Shown: positions 1-9,844 of the stretch, one piece after another | How the letters are laid out: each line of letters begins with the position of its first letter | Position numbering within the stretch: the stretch's first letter is position 1 | Assembly (NCBI GenBank): GCA_041309665.1 | Contig: JBFYZE010000088.1 | Span: forward strand, 1 to 50,397 | Source: Gemmatimonadales bacterium | Lineage (GTDB): Bacteria; Gemmatimonadota; Gemmatimonadetes; Longimicrobiales; Gaopeijiaceae | Length of the DNA: 50,397 bases | Direction of reading: 5' to 3' | Notes under the pieces: generated by a model | What the model was told of the DNA's origin: nothing | Databases searched by the model: none | Seen by the model: only the letters and a program-made list of their open reading frames with translations | Made by a program: the position numbers and the translations under genes

Positions 1-15
1 GGCGACGGGGCGTGC

Positions 16-1323
16 TCAATCCCCGGCCACGCGCTCGGCGGGCCGCTCCGCCTCCATCGACTCCGGGTCCGACATGGGCTGCCAGATCTGGACGGCGGGG
101 AAGGTGGAGAGGAACCAGCGCACCGAGCCCAGCCAGAGCCCCAGGAACATGAGGCCGATGAGGGGATGCCAGAGTGAGAAGACCGGGTCCCCTTCGTGCC
201 ACAAGGACGGCGCCACGAGCCCGTACCGCTCCATCCAGAGCCCGGTGAGGATCACGGTGGCGAACGCCGCCAGGAGCGCGGGCTTCAGCTTCGCCTTCCG
301 CCCGATGAGGCCGGCGAAGGGGACGACGAAGCACAGGAGGATGGTGACGACCGAGTAGGTGCCCCATCCGTTCTCGGAGCGGTGGATGATCCAGGCCTGC
401 TCCCAGGGGAGTTTGCCGTACCAGATCACGATGTACTGGGAGAAGAAGAGGTAGGTCCAGAACACCGTGAACGCGAACGCGAGCTTGCCCAGGTCGTGGC
501 GCACCTGCAGCCCCACGCAGTGTTCCACGTCCTTGTACTTCGTCCGCAGGTACAGGCTCCACAGGATGGTGGCCGCGATCCCGCCCCAGAAGCCGCCCAT
601 GAAGAACCAGGGGCCGAACATGGTGCTGAACCAGTGGGGCTCGAGGCTCATGGCCCAGTCGTAGGAGATGAAGCTCAACGCCAACGCGTAGACCGCGGCG
701 AAGGCCGGGGCCATCGTGGTCATGCGCTTGTAGCTGCGCACCTCTTCCTGCTCCTGGCCCAGCCAGCCCTGCGTGAGCCGCTCACGCCAGCTCTTCCGAC
801 TCGCGTCGTCGTCCTCCGGCTTGTCGGAGAGTCCCATGTCCGGGCGCAGCGCCAGGTACACGAACCAGAGCGCCATTCCGGTGAGCAGCCCCATCGCCAG
901 CAGGTTCCGCACGATGAGGAAGGGAACGTTCAGGTACGCCGCCTTCTTCTGGACGATCGGATCGCTGGCCATCATCTCGATCCAGGGGAAGTACCCCTCC
1001 CGGAGCGTGAGCATGGGCAGCAGGAGCACGAACGCGACGGGGAGGAACGCCACCATGGCCTGGCTCACCCGGCGCACCGACCAGTTCCATTTGGCTTTGG
1101 TGATCCACGTCGCCACCGCCAGGAGCACCGCGCCGGCGGAGACGCTCGTGAAGAAGAGCCAGTTGCTGACGTAGGAGATCCAGGCGCTCGTCGGGTCCTG
1201 GGTGAGCCGGACGACGAAGCTCACCAGGCCCACGGCGAAGAGCGCGCCGAAGATGGCGTTGGCCCGCGACGAGCGCGGCAGGTAGCGGACGGAGATCTCG
1301 CCGGGAAGGTGGACGTGTGCCAT
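16..1323 (-). CDS. actF: Alternative complex III subunit ActF (NrfD/PsrC-like polytopic membrane protein)
   Basis: ORF 16..1359. Start moved to ATG at 1323 (MAHVHLPGEISVRYLP...), 1 nt after the actE stop, with a GGGAGG SD upstream. Highly hydrophobic multi-TM sequence. It is last in the actABCDEF gene order. Confidence 0.8.
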   Translation of the reverse strand: MAHVHLPGEISVRYLPRSSRANAIFGALFAVGLVSFVVRLTQDPTSAWISYVSNWLFFTSVSAGAVLLAVATWITKAKWNWSVRRVSQAMVAFLPVAFVLLLPMLTLREGYFPWIEMMASDPIVQKKAAYLNVPFLIVRNLLAMGLLTGMALWFVYLALRPDMGLSDKPEDDDASRKSWRERLTQGWLGQEQEEVRSYKRMTTMAPAFAAVYALALSFISYDWAMSLEPHWFSTMFGPWFFMGGFWGGIAATILWSLYLRTKYKDVEHCVGLQVRHDLGKLAFAFTVFWTYLFFSQYIVIWYGKLPWEQAWIIHRSENGWGTYSVVTILLCFVVPFAGLIGRKAKLKPALLAAFATVILTGLWMERYGLVAPSLWHEGDPVFSLWHPLIGLMFLGLWLGSVRWFLSTFPAVQIWQPMSDPESMEAERPAERVAGD

Positions 1324-1324
1324 G

Positions 1325-1969
1325 TCAGTTGCCTCCCTGCGGCGCGGCCTGCGCGACATTGCCGGCGGCGACCTGCAAGGTCCGCACGTAGTTCACGATC
1401 TTCCAGCGGTCGTAGTGGGGGATGCGGAACCCGTAGCTGGGCATGAGACCGCGCCCCACCCGGATCATGCCGTAGATGTACGGGTCGGTGTACCCGGCGA
1501 CGATGGGGCCGTTGAGGTTGTAGGCGGCCACCGTGGGGTGCTTCGGGGCGATGATGGCCGTGGCCCCCACGCCGTCCACGCCATGGCACACCGCGCAGTG
1601 CCGGAGGTAGAGCACCTCCCCGCGGGCCATCGCAGCCGTATCGCCCATGGCGATGGGATTCACGAGGCTCTGCACCACGGCGTTGCCGGTGCCGATGGGG
1701 ATCATGTCCATCTGCGAGAACGGGGCCACGTCCACGCCGTCGGGCTCGCCCAGGTTCACCTTGCCGGGCCCGGCGGGAAAGTTGGAAGACGAGAACGACA
1801 CCGAGCCCACGGGGGCGGGCCGCACGTTCTCGTACGGGTCGAACGCGCGCGAGTCGCGCATGCTGCGCCCGAAGATCGACACCATGGCGTCGTCCAGCGG
1901 CTTGCACCCCGCCGCCGTGGTCAGCGCCAGCGCTGCCACCGCCAACCGGTACCCTCGCGTCTTACGCAT
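1325..1969 (-). CDS. actE: Alternative complex III subunit ActE, monoheme cytochrome c lipoprotein
   Basis: Signal peptide with lipobox (LALTTAAGC). Single CAVCH heme-binding motif. Overlaps the actD stop by 8 nt. Confidence 0.8.
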   Translation of the reverse strand: MRKTRGYRLAVAALALTTAAGCKPLDDAMVSIFGRSMRDSRAFDPYENVRPAPVGSVSFSSSNFPAGPGKVNLGEPDGVDVAPFSQMDMIPIGTGNAVVQSLVNPIAMGDTAAMARGEVLYLRHCAVCHGVDGVGATAIIAPKHPTVAAYNLNGPIVAGYTDPYIYGMIRVGRGLMPSYGFRIPHYDRWKIVNYVRTLQVAAGNVAQAAPQGGN

Positions 1970-2489
1970 GGGCGGCCTCCGTGCTCTCCTGGAGTTCCGC
2001 GGGCTCGTGCGCCTTCAGGATCCTGCGCGCCTCCTCGACCCGCTCGGCGGGAGCGTCCACATGGACGCCGTAGCGCCCGTTGGTGAACTCGGGATCGTAG
2101 ATCACCGGAGGCTTCACGGCCGGGAGCCGGCTCAGGATGAAGAGCCCGATGATCGTGGACAGCGCCCCGAACAGGACCATCATCTCGAACACGATGGGGA
2201 TGAACGCCGGGATGGACACGTGGGGCTTGCCCCCCACCACGAGCGGCCAGTCCATGTTGGTCCAGATGGTGAAGGCGAAACCCGTAGCGGCCCCCGTGAG
2301 CCCGCCCACGAGCGTGAACACCCGCACCGGGCTCTGCCCGTAGCCCAGCGCCGCCTCGATGTGGTGCTCCGGGTAGGGCGCGTAGGCCTTCAGGCTCTTG
2401 AACCCAGCCTTGCGCAGACCCTCGATGGCGTCCACGGCGCTGTCGAGGTAGTCGTACGAGGCGAGCAGGGCGTGCACCGGCGCGCTCAT
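1962..2489 (-). CDS. actD: Alternative complex III subunit ActD (small two-TM membrane subunit)
   Basis: Only the last 175 aa of track ORF 1962..3746 look coding (MSAPVHALLASYDYLDSAVDAIEGLRKAGF...). ATG at 2489 overlaps the actC TGA in an ATGA junction. Central hydrophobic helices are present. Confidence 0.75.
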   Translation of the reverse strand: MSAPVHALLASYDYLDSAVDAIEGLRKAGFKSLKAYAPYPEHHIEAALGYGQSPVRVFTLVGGLTGAATGFAFTIWTNMDWPLVVGGKPHVSIPAFIPIVFEMMVLFGALSTIIGLFILSRLPAVKPPVIYDPEFTNGRYGVHVDAPAERVEEARRILKAHEPAELQESTEAAHA

Positions 2490-3856
2490 CGGTGGGCCTC
2501 CTTGCGCTGCCTGCGCAGCGGCGGCGGGAGCACTTCCTTGAGCTCCGCGATGGCCACCGGGGGCAGCAGCCTCGTGAAGAGCAGGAACCAGAACGCGAAC
2601 CAGGCGAAGCTCCCGGCCATGATGCTCATCTCGACGAACGTGGGCCGGTAGATCCCCCAGGCCCAGGGCTCGTACTCGTGGGAGAGCGACGTCACCACGA
2701 TGACGTAGCGCTCGAACCACATGCCGATGTTGATGAAGATCGAGATGACGAAGAGCGCCGCGATGGAGTGCCGCACGCGCCTGAACCAGAGCAGGATCGG
2801 CACCATTCCGTTGCACACCAGCATGGTCCAGGTGGCCCACCAGTGCGAGCCGGTGAGGCGGTACCAGAACGCCGTGCGTTCGATCTCCTCGCCGCTGTAC
2901 CAGGCCATGAAGAACTCGGCCAGGTACGCGTACAGCACGATGAGCGACGTGAGCAGGCAGAGCTTGGCCAGGGCGTCGAAGTGCTTGATGGTGAGGTACG
3001 CCTCGAGCCCGAAGATCTTCCGCATGGGCACGGCCAGCGTGATCACCATGCCCACGCCGGAGAAGATGGCGCCGGCCACGAAGTACGGGGCGAAGATGGT
3101 GGCGTGCCATCCCGGCACGATGGACATGGCGAAGTCCCACGACACCACCGAGTGCACCGAGAGCACAAGGGGCGTGGCCAGGGCGGCGAGGAAGATGTAC
3201 GCCTTGCCGAAGTGGTGCCACTGGGCGTCGCTCCCCCGCCATCCCAGGGCGATGAGGGAGTAGAACTTCTTGCGGAGCCCCGTGGCCTGGTCGCGCGCCG
3301 CGGCGATGTCGGGGATGCACCCCAGGAAGAAGAACGTGGCCGACACCGTGAAGTACGTGGTCACCGCGAACACGTCCCACACCAGCGGCGACTTGAAGTT
3401 GGGCCACAGGAAGCGCGAGTTCGGATACGGGATCAGCCAGTAGGCGTGCCACACGCGCCCGACGTGGATGAGCGGGAAGAGCCCCGCCGTCATCACGGCG
3501 AACACGGTCATGGCCTCCGCCAGCCTGTAGACCGACTGCCTCCATGGCGCACGGAACAGGAAGAGGATGGCCGAGATCAGCGTCCCCGAGTGCGCGATGC
3601 CGACCCAGAAGACGAAGGTGGTGATGTACGTTCCCCACCCCACCGGGGCGCTCAGCCCCGACACGCCGATCCCCCTGTAGATCTGCCAGCCCCACATCCC
3701 GAAGAAGAGCCCGACGCCGGCGCACGACAGCAGGAAGAGCGCCCACCAGCCCTTCCCGGGTCGGGACAGGATCTTCAGGACGTCGCGGTTGACGTCCGTC
3801 AGGTGATGGACGTCCGGATGCGTGAGCGCGCCGCGCTCCTTCGTGGCCGTCGCCAT
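2486..3856 (-). CDS. actC: Alternative complex III subunit ActC (NrfD/PsrC-like quinol-interacting membrane subunit)
   Basis: ORF 2486..4045. Start at ATG 3856 ([19 protein letters not shown]...) overlaps the actB stop (ATGA). About 10 TM helices of the NrfD family type. Confidence 0.85.
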   Translation of the reverse strand: MATATKERGALTHPDVHHLTDVNRDVLKILSRPGKGWWALFLLSCAGVGLFFGMWGWQIYRGIGVSGLSAPVGWGTYITTFVFWVGIAHSGTLISAILFLFRAPWRQSVYRLAEAMTVFAVMTAGLFPLIHVGRVWHAYWLIPYPNSRFLWPNFKSPLVWDVFAVTTYFTVSATFFFLGCIPDIAAARDQATGLRKKFYSLIALGWRGSDAQWHHFGKAYIFLAALATPLVLSVHSVVSWDFAMSIVPGWHATIFAPYFVAGAIFSGVGMVITLAVPMRKIFGLEAYLTIKHFDALAKLCLLTSLIVLYAYLAEFFMAWYSGEEIERTAFWYRLTGSHWWATWTMLVCNGMVPILLWFRRVRHSIAALFVISIFINIGMWFERYVIVVTSLSHEYEPWAWGIYRPTFVEMSIMAGSFAWFAFWFLLFTRLLPPVAIAELKEVLPPPLRRQRKEAHR

Positions 3857-6800
3857 CACTCGTGCCCTCCGGAAGCCACCTCGTGGAACGTGACCTTCTT
3901 CAGGTAGTTCACGCCGGGTTGGGTGTTGATGAGGTCGTCGAGGACCCGATAGGTGCGCTCGCTCCGGAGTACCTGGGACACGCGGGAGTCGGGGTCGCGG
4001 ATGTTGCCGAAGACGATGGCCTCGGCGGGGCAGCTCTGCTGGCACGCGGTGACGATGTCACCGTCGCCGGGGACCTTGCCCCGCCCCTCCAGCACCGACC
4101 TGTTCTCGGCGTGGCGGATGCGCTGCATGCACATGGAGCACTTCTCCATGATGCCGTTGGTGCGCACCGTGACGTCGGGGTTGAACTGCCAATTCATCGG
4201 CTCCGGCACGTTCGTGTCGGAGAACCGGTACCAGTTGTAGACCCGCACCTTGTAGGGGCAGTTGTTCGCGCAGTACCGGGTGCCCACGCACCGGTTGTAG
4301 ATCTGGGCGTTGACGCCCTCAGGCGTGTGGTAGGTGGCGTACACCGGGCACACCGGCTCGCACGGTGCGTTCCCGCAGTGCTGGCACATCATCGGGAGGA
4401 AGCGCACGTCCACGTGGGACGCGTGCGTCGCGTCCACGTGCTCGTAGTAGCGCTCGATGCGCATCCAGTGGAGCTCGCGGCCGATGAGGACCTGGTCCTC
4501 ACCCACCCACGGGATGTTGTTCTCCGACTGGCACGCGGTGACGCACGCGCTGCACCCGGTGCACTTGTCCAGGTCGATGGCCATGGCCCAGCGGGCCTTC
4601 TCCTCCTGGCCCGCGTACTGCCCGTAGCGCGCCCCCTCCAAGGGGAAGGCCTCGGGCCTGCCGCCCCCGGCGTCCACCGGGACGAAGCCGCCCACGCCCT
4701 GCAGCTCCTTGAGGGGGCCGTGCCCGCCCTCCCCATGGTCCTCTCCGCTGTCGTGTCCCAGCGCGGCGATGGCCACCGCCGGGGCGATGGGGCGGTCGTG
4801 CTGGCTGTCCGAGCCCTCAGTGGTCACGAGGCGCTGCCGGCGCCCCGTGGGCGACAGCGTGACCTTGGTGGCCAGGGTGACGAACGCCCCGGACGGCTGC
4901 TCCGCCACCGCCGGGAGGAGGGCCATGGCGTTCGCGCCCTTCCCCGTGCCCCACCGGCCGAAGTCGGTGTGGCCCCCGCCCATGGAGACGGCCACCACGT
5001 CCTCGCGGATCCCCGGGTAGAGCCACACCGGCACCTCGACGGAGCCATGGGGCGAGGCCACGGTGACGATGTCGCCTTCGCGGATCCCACGTGCCTCGGC
5101 GGCGGCGGGGTTCAGCTCCACCCAGGAGTGCCACGCGATCTTCGACACCGGGTCCGGAAGCTCGAGCATCCAGGGAGCGTTGGCGAACTCGCCGGCCCCG
5201 AAGCGCGCGGACGGGTGCACCAGGAGTGTGAAGTCCCCGTCGCCGTCCAGCGCAGGCGCCTCGAAGGACACCGCAGCCGCCGGCTCCAGGAGCTCGGCGG
5301 CCGCCCCGGCAACCTCCACCGGGTGCTCCGAGACGCCCTTCCGGAGCGCCTCCCGCCACGCCGCCTCGAAGGCCGCCGTGTCGGCGCCGTGCCTGGCCTG
5401 GTGCGCACCCCGCAGGTACTCGTAGAAGGTGGCGCCGCCCAGGGCGTGCCCGAGGCGGGAGGCCACCGAGAGGAGCACGTCGCCGGTCTGTTTGCCGTCG
5501 AAGTGGGGGACCGCCTGCATCACCGGCTGGCGGAGCGCCATGACCCCGGGCCTCGGCCCGGAGTCCCCCCACGCTTCCAGGAAGTGGCGGTCCGGGAGGA
5601 CGAGGTCCGCCAGCGCCGACGTCTCGTCGGGCGCCGACGCGAAGGAGACCTTGAACCCCACCGCGCCGAAGGCCTCCACGAAGCGGGAGCCGGCGGGGAG
5701 GGAGTACGCGGGGTTCGCGCCGTGGACGAGGGCCACGCCCACCTGTCCACCCGCCATGGCGCCGATGGCGCCCTCCAGGTCGGCCCAGGGGCGGGTCGCG
5801 CCCACCGGCCCACCCTGCAGGTGGAGGGTGCGGCCCACGTTCCCGGCCACCTGGTTCAGCACCAGGACGGCCTGGTGCGCCGCCGTGGCGCCCAGGTGGT
5901 GGGCGCCCACGCCGGGGCCCAGGGCCAGGCTGGGGCCCTCCGAGACGAAGCGTAGGGCCAGCTCCCGGATGGTGTCCTCGCCGATCCCCGTCGCCTGCGC
6001 GGCGGCGGCCAGATCGAAGGCGGAGAGCACGGGGGCGTACGGCCCGGCCGCGGCGCCCGAGGCGACGAGCACCGAGGCCATCCCCAGCGCGAGCGCGACT
6101 TCGGAGCCGGGCTTGATGGGGATCCACTCGTCGGCGTTCAGTCCGGTGAGCGATAGCCGGGGCCCTGCGTAGACGAAGCGGCCCTTGGTGCCGTGCTCGT
6201 CCACCGCACTCATACGCGCGAAGCCGCGCTGGTACTCCACGGGCGAGGGCCCGCTCTCCAGGAAATCGTCCCCGAAGGAGACGAGGAAGCGGGTCGCGGC
6301 CAGGTCGTAGCGCGGGAGCGCGTCTGTCCCGAAAGCACGACGCATCGCCTCGCGCAGCGGGGCGTCGGAGAGCGCGTCGTACTGCACCCTCCTGCCGCCC
6401 ACGGCGCCCAGGAACGCGTCGGCGAGCGCCGACATGCTGGGGCCCATGGCCCCGGCGATGAACAGGACGTTTCCCGACGCGCCCTGGATGCGCTGGGCCA
6501 GGAGCGCTTCCGCCTCCTCCCAGGTGGCGGGGCGGAGCGTCCCGTTATCCCGGACCATGGGGCCCGCGTACCGGTCCGGGTTGTAGAGGTGCTGGAGCGT
6601 GGCGTGCCCCTTACCGCAGAGCGCGCCCCCGGACACCGGGTGGTTCGGGTTCCCCTCCACCTTCACCGCGCGGCCCTCGCGGGTGCGCACCCACATGCCG
6701 CACTGGGCCGCGCAGCCGTCGCACACGGTGGTGTACCAGGTGGCGACGCCCGGGGTGATGTCCTCGGGAGCCACCACGTAGGGGATGAGGCGCTCGACCT

Positions 6801-6888
6801 TCTGGGTCGAGCAGCCGGTGAGGGCCGCGCCGGCGCCGCTGGCGCCCAGGACCTTCAGGAAGTCCCGCCGCTTGATGCCGTCGGACAT
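3856..6888 (-). CDS. actB: Alternative complex III subunit ActB (fused molybdopterin-oxidoreductase-like and 4Fe-4S ferredoxin domains)
   Basis: 1010 aa. Twin-arginine signal ([16 protein letters not shown]). Multiple CxxCxxCxxxCP ferredoxin cluster motifs in the C-terminal third. AGGAGA SD upstream. Confidence 0.9.
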   Translation of the reverse strand: MSDGIKRRDFLKVLGASGAGAALTGCSTQKVERLIPYVVAPEDITPGVATWYTTVCDGCAAQCGMWVRTREGRAVKVEGNPNHPVSGGALCGKGHATLQHLYNPDRYAGPMVRDNGTLRPATWEEAEALLAQRIQGASGNVLFIAGAMGPSMSALADAFLGAVGGRRVQYDALSDAPLREAMRRAFGTDALPRYDLAATRFLVSFGDDFLESGPSPVEYQRGFARMSAVDEHGTKGRFVYAGPRLSLTGLNADEWIPIKPGSEVALALGMASVLVASGAAAGPYAPVLSAFDLAAAAQATGIGEDTIRELALRFVSEGPSLALGPGVGAHHLGATAAHQAVLVLNQVAGNVGRTLHLQGGPVGATRPWADLEGAIGAMAGGQVGVALVHGANPAYSLPAGSRFVEAFGAVGFKVSFASAPDETSALADLVLPDRHFLEAWGDSGPRPGVMALRQPVMQAVPHFDGKQTGDVLLSVASRLGHALGGATFYEYLRGAHQARHGADTAAFEAAWREALRKGVSEHPVEVAGAAAELLEPAAAVSFEAPALDGDGDFTLLVHPSARFGAGEFANAPWMLELPDPVSKIAWHSWVELNPAAAEARGIREGDIVTVASPHGSVEVPVWLYPGIREDVVAVSMGGGHTDFGRWGTGKGANAMALLPAVAEQPSGAFVTLATKVTLSPTGRRQRLVTTEGSDSQHDRPIAPAVAIAALGHDSGEDHGEGGHGPLKELQGVGGFVPVDAGGGRPEAFPLEGARYGQYAGQEEKARWAMAIDLDKCTGCSACVTACQSENNIPWVGEDQVLIGRELHWMRIERYYEHVDATHASHVDVRFLPMMCQHCGNAPCEPVCPVYATYHTPEGVNAQIYNRCVGTRYCANNCPYKVRVYNWYRFSDTNVPEPMNWQFNPDVTVRTNGIMEKCSMCMQRIRHAENRSVLEGRGKVPGDGDIVTACQQSCPAEAIVFGNIRDPDSRVSQVLRSERTYRVLDDLINTQPGVNYLKKVTFHEVASGGHE

Positions 6889-6903
6889 GGTAGGCCGTCT
6901 CCT

Positions 6904-7464
6904 CTAGTAGTGGCAGACGGCGCAGTCGTCGGACGCGCCTTCCTTGCGGTGGCACTCGATGCACCAGCCCATGTTCTTGCCTCCCCAGAGGGGATCGGGC
7001 GCCGTGATCACGTCCATGGTCTGCACCTCGCCATGGCACTGCTGGCACTGGAGCCCGGCGTTGACGTGCATCATGTGCGGATAGTGGGCGTGGTCCGGGG
7101 TCTTGTAGATGCGCACCCAGGGGATCGGCTGCTTGTCGGTCCAGTACTTCATCAGCCTGGCCACTTCTTCGGGCTTGTTGGCCCCGGGGATGACCTGGTG
7201 GCACCCCACGCACAGGTCCACGGAGGGGAGGCCGGCGTCCACCGACCGCTCCGCGGAGAAGTGGCAGTACTGGCAGTCCATGGCCATCTGCCCCGGCTCG
7301 GTCCCCGAGTGGGTGTTGTGGGGGAACGCGATGGGCTGCGGGGCGACGAAGGCCACCGCGCCCCCCGGGGCCGCCGCCTGCTGGGCGTCCTGAGCCTGGA
7401 TGAAGGCGAGGCTGGCGAGCGCCATCGCGCCCGCTGCGCCTCCGACGAGCCAGTGCTTTCTCAT
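6904..7464 (-). CDS. actA: Alternative complex III subunit ActA, pentaheme cytochrome c
   Basis: 186 aa with a signal peptide. Five CxxCH motifs (CQYCH, CVGCH, CQQCH, CIECH, CAVCH). First gene of the act operon. Confidence 0.85.
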   Translation of the reverse strand: MRKHWLVGGAAGAMALASLAFIQAQDAQQAAAPGGAVAFVAPQPIAFPHNTHSGTEPGQMAMDCQYCHFSAERSVDAGLPSVDLCVGCHQVIPGANKPEEVARLMKYWTDKQPIPWVRIYKTPDHAHYPHMMHVNAGLQCQQCHGEVQTMDVITAPDPLWGGKNMGWCIECHRKEGASDDCAVCHY

Positions 7465-7743
7465 TCGACGCTGAGCTCCTGGAGCGAGCCGCGCCCGGGG
7501 CCCCGGGCGCCTTGTATGAATGCGTTGCCGACCCGGTGGAAGGACGCGCGGAATGGGCCGTTGAATCGCCGGGGAATATGGGGGATGAACCTACCCGCCG
7601 ACCCGGGGTGGGGTCAAGGCGATCGGCCTTGTGGGATAAGGAACCGCGGGGGGCGCGCCGGGTTCTATTTCAGGCTGGGCCCAGGCCGCCGGACGACGGG
7701 CCCCGGGGAGCCCTCCGGGCCCCCTCCCTCACCCCACCCACCG

Positions 7744-8721
7744 ATGCCCCAGACCGACGCCGTGCCAGGGGACGTCCGTCCCCCGCTGGAGCTCCTCGAC
7801 CGCCTCGTCCAGGAGGTGGAGACCGTCTTCCACGGCAAGCGGGAGGTCGTCCGCCTGGCCCTGGCCGCCCTCCTCGCCCGGGGCCACGTGCTCTTCGAGG
7901 ACGTCCCCGGCGTTGGGAAGACCACGCTCGCCCACGCCCTGGCACGGGCCCTCGGCGGGCAGTTCCGGCGCATCCAGTTCACGTCGGACCTCCTCCCCTC
8001 CGACGTACTGGGCGTCTCGGTCTACCGCCCCCAGACCGGGGAGTTCGAGACCCGGCCCGGGCCCATCTTCGCCAACGTGGTCCTGGCCGACGAGATCAAC
8101 CGCGCACCCCCGCGGACCCAGAGCGGCCTCCTCGAGGCCATGCAGGAGGGCCGGGTCACCATCGACAACGCCACCCACGACCTCCCGCGGCCCTTCCTCG
8201 TGATGGCGACGCAGAACCCGCTGGAGCACCACGGGACGTACCCGCTCCCGGAGAGCCAGCTGGACCGATTCCTCATGCGGATCACCATCGGCTACCCGGG
8301 ACCCGAGGCCGAGCGGCGCATCCTCACCGAGTCCTCGAACGCCGGGCCTGTGATGGACCGCCTGCGCGCCGTCCTCACGCCCACCCAGGTGCTCCTCCTC
8401 CAGGAGCGCGTGGAGGAAGTCGAGGCCGACCCGGCCATCGTGGACTATCTCATGGCCATCGTGGAGCGCACGCGCCTCACCCCCCGTCTGCGCATGGGCG
8501 TCTCCCCCCGTGGCGCGGTGGGGCTCTTCCGGGCGGCACGGGCATTCGCGCTGGTCCAGGGGCGTACGTACATGATCCCCGACGACGTACGGGAGCTGGC
8601 GGTCCCCTGCCTGGCTCACCGGATCCTCCCCGCCGGGACCTCCGGGGCAACCCTGGACGCCCACGATCAGGCCGCCCAGATCCTCGAAGGGATCCTCGAG
8701 GAGGTCGAGGCCCCGCTGTGA
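7744..8721 (+). CDS. moxR: MoxR-family AAA+ ATPase
   Basis: Real part of track ORF 6193..8721 starts at ATG 7744 ([10 protein letters not shown]...). Walker A is GVGKTT and Walker B is [10 protein letters not shown]. Typical MoxR length of 325 aa. Confidence 0.9.
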   Translation: MPQTDAVPGDVRPPLELLDRLVQEVETVFHGKREVVRLALAALLARGHVLFEDVPGVGKTTLAHALARALGGQFRRIQFTSDLLPSDVLGVSVYRPQTGEFETRPGPIFANVVLADEINRAPPRTQSGLLEAMQEGRVTIDNATHDLPRPFLVMATQNPLEHHGTYPLPESQLDRFLMRITIGYPGPEAERRILTESSNAGPVMDRLRAVLTPTQVLLLQERVEEVEADPAIVDYLMAIVERTRLTPRLRMGVSPRGAVGLFRAARAFALVQGRTYMIPDDVRELAVPCLAHRILPAGTSGATLDAHDQAAQILEGILEEVEAPL

Positions 8722-8749
8722 GGCACCCCGTGGAGCCCGAGGCCCCGGC

Positions 8750-9844
8750 TTGAGGCGCGCCCTGGCGCTCGCGGCCCGGGGGCTCGGCCCGGGGGGCCGC
8801 GTGTGGTCCCGGATCCGCGAGATGCGGCGGCAGCTCCGGGCGTGGCGGCGCATCAGCTTCACGTCCGGCGGAGGCGTCTTCACCGCCGGCGCCTTCGCCG
8901 TGGGCTTCGCGGCCATGAACACCGGCAACAACCTCCTCTTCCTGCTCCTCGGCGCCATGCTGGGCGTCATCACCGTGAGCGGCTGGCTCTCCGAGCAGGC
9001 CATCCGGGCCGTGCGCGTGGAGCGCCGCCTCCCCCGGGCGGTCACCGCAGGGCAGGAGCTCCGCATCGCCTACGAGGTGGCCAACCACAAGAAGCGTTTC
9101 CCGAGCATGGCCGTGGAGATCCTGGATGGGGGGCTCCCCGGGCGGGCGTTCTTCCCCCACGTGGCATCCGGCAGCACGGCTCAGACCCGGTCCGTGAACA
9201 CGCTGGAGCGCAGGGGCGTCTACCCCCTCCGGACCGTGACGCTGTCCACCTCGTTCCCCTTCGGCATGTTCCGCAAGGAGCGAGATCTGGACGTGCCCGG
9301 CCAGATCGTGGTCTGGCCCCGGACGGACCGGCCCGTGCGCATCACCTCCCAGGGCGGGGGGCGCGTGCCCCGCTCCGGCGCGGGCGCCCCGGGCGCCCAC
9401 GGCCACCGGGGGGAGTACCGGAGCCTGAGGGCCTACCGCGCCGGCGACGACCCCCGCGACATCCACTGGCGCTCCTCCGCACGGCTCCGGGACCCGGTGC
9501 TGCGAGAGTACGAGCGGGACGGGGCGGAGACGCGCTGGATCTGCCTCGACCTGGCGTCCGACCCGGGGGATCCCGCGGAGGTCGCCGTGGAGGCCGCTGC
9601 GTCCCTCGCGGCTCAGGCCATGGCGGAGGGCCGCAGCTTCGCCCTCGTGGCCGGCGCAACCGTCGTGGACCCGGGTGAGGGCGCGGGCCAGCTCGAGCGG
9701 GTCCTCGACGTCCTCGCCCGGGTGTCGTTCAGCCCCGGAGCCCCGCGCCCCGACCCCCCGGTGGACCCCGAGTCGTGCATCCTCGTGTCGGTGGACGGAG
9801 CCCCCGGGTTCGGGGACGCGGTGGTGGTGGGCCGACACGCATGA
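8750..9844 (+). CDS. DUF58-family protein (MoxR partner, N-terminal TM hairpin)
   Basis: NTGNNLLFLLLG membrane hairpin and DIHWRSSARLRDPVLREYERD motif, both typical of DUF58. TTG start at 8750; an alternative ATG lies at 8822. The stop overlaps the next gene (ATGA). Confidence 0.8.
   Translation: MRRALALAARGLGPGGRVWSRIREMRRQLRAWRRISFTSGGGVFTAGAFAVGFAAMNTGNNLLFLLLGAMLGVITVSGWLSEQAIRAVRVERRLPRAVTAGQELRIAYEVANHKKRFPSMAVEILDGGLPGRAFFPHVASGSTAQTRSVNTLERRGVYPLRTVTLSTSFPFGMFRKERDLDVPGQIVVWPRTDRPVRITSQGGGRVPRSGAGAPGAHGHRGEYRSLRAYRAGDDPRDIHWRSSARLRDPVLREYERDGAETRWICLDLASDPGDPAEVAVEAAASLAAQAMAEGRSFALVAGATVVDPGEGAGQLERVLDVLARVSFSPGAPRPDPPVDPESCILVSVDGAPGFGDAVVVGRHA

Noticed and set aside
196-1446. 416-aa plus-strand ORF across actF
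   Set aside because: It is antisense to a clearly membrane-coding gene. The translation is low-complexity and rich in Arg, Gly, Glu, His and Pro, as expected for a GC-rich shadow frame.
2490-3746. Long N-terminal extension of the actD ORF (track ORF 1962..3746)
   Set aside because: It overlaps actC in another frame and is Arg/Gly/His-rich. The actD-like sequence and the ATGA-coupled start begin only at 2489.
3862-5955. 697-aa plus-strand ORF, and the 4817..6127 minus-strand ORF, inside actB
   Set aside because: These are shadow or off-frame ORFs of actB. They have no motifs and a biased Arg/Gly/Pro/Ala composition.
6193-7743. 5' 517 codons of track ORF 6193..8721
   Set aside because: It is antisense to actB and actA and crosses the intergenic region. 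MoxR homology and a plausible ATG begin at 7744.
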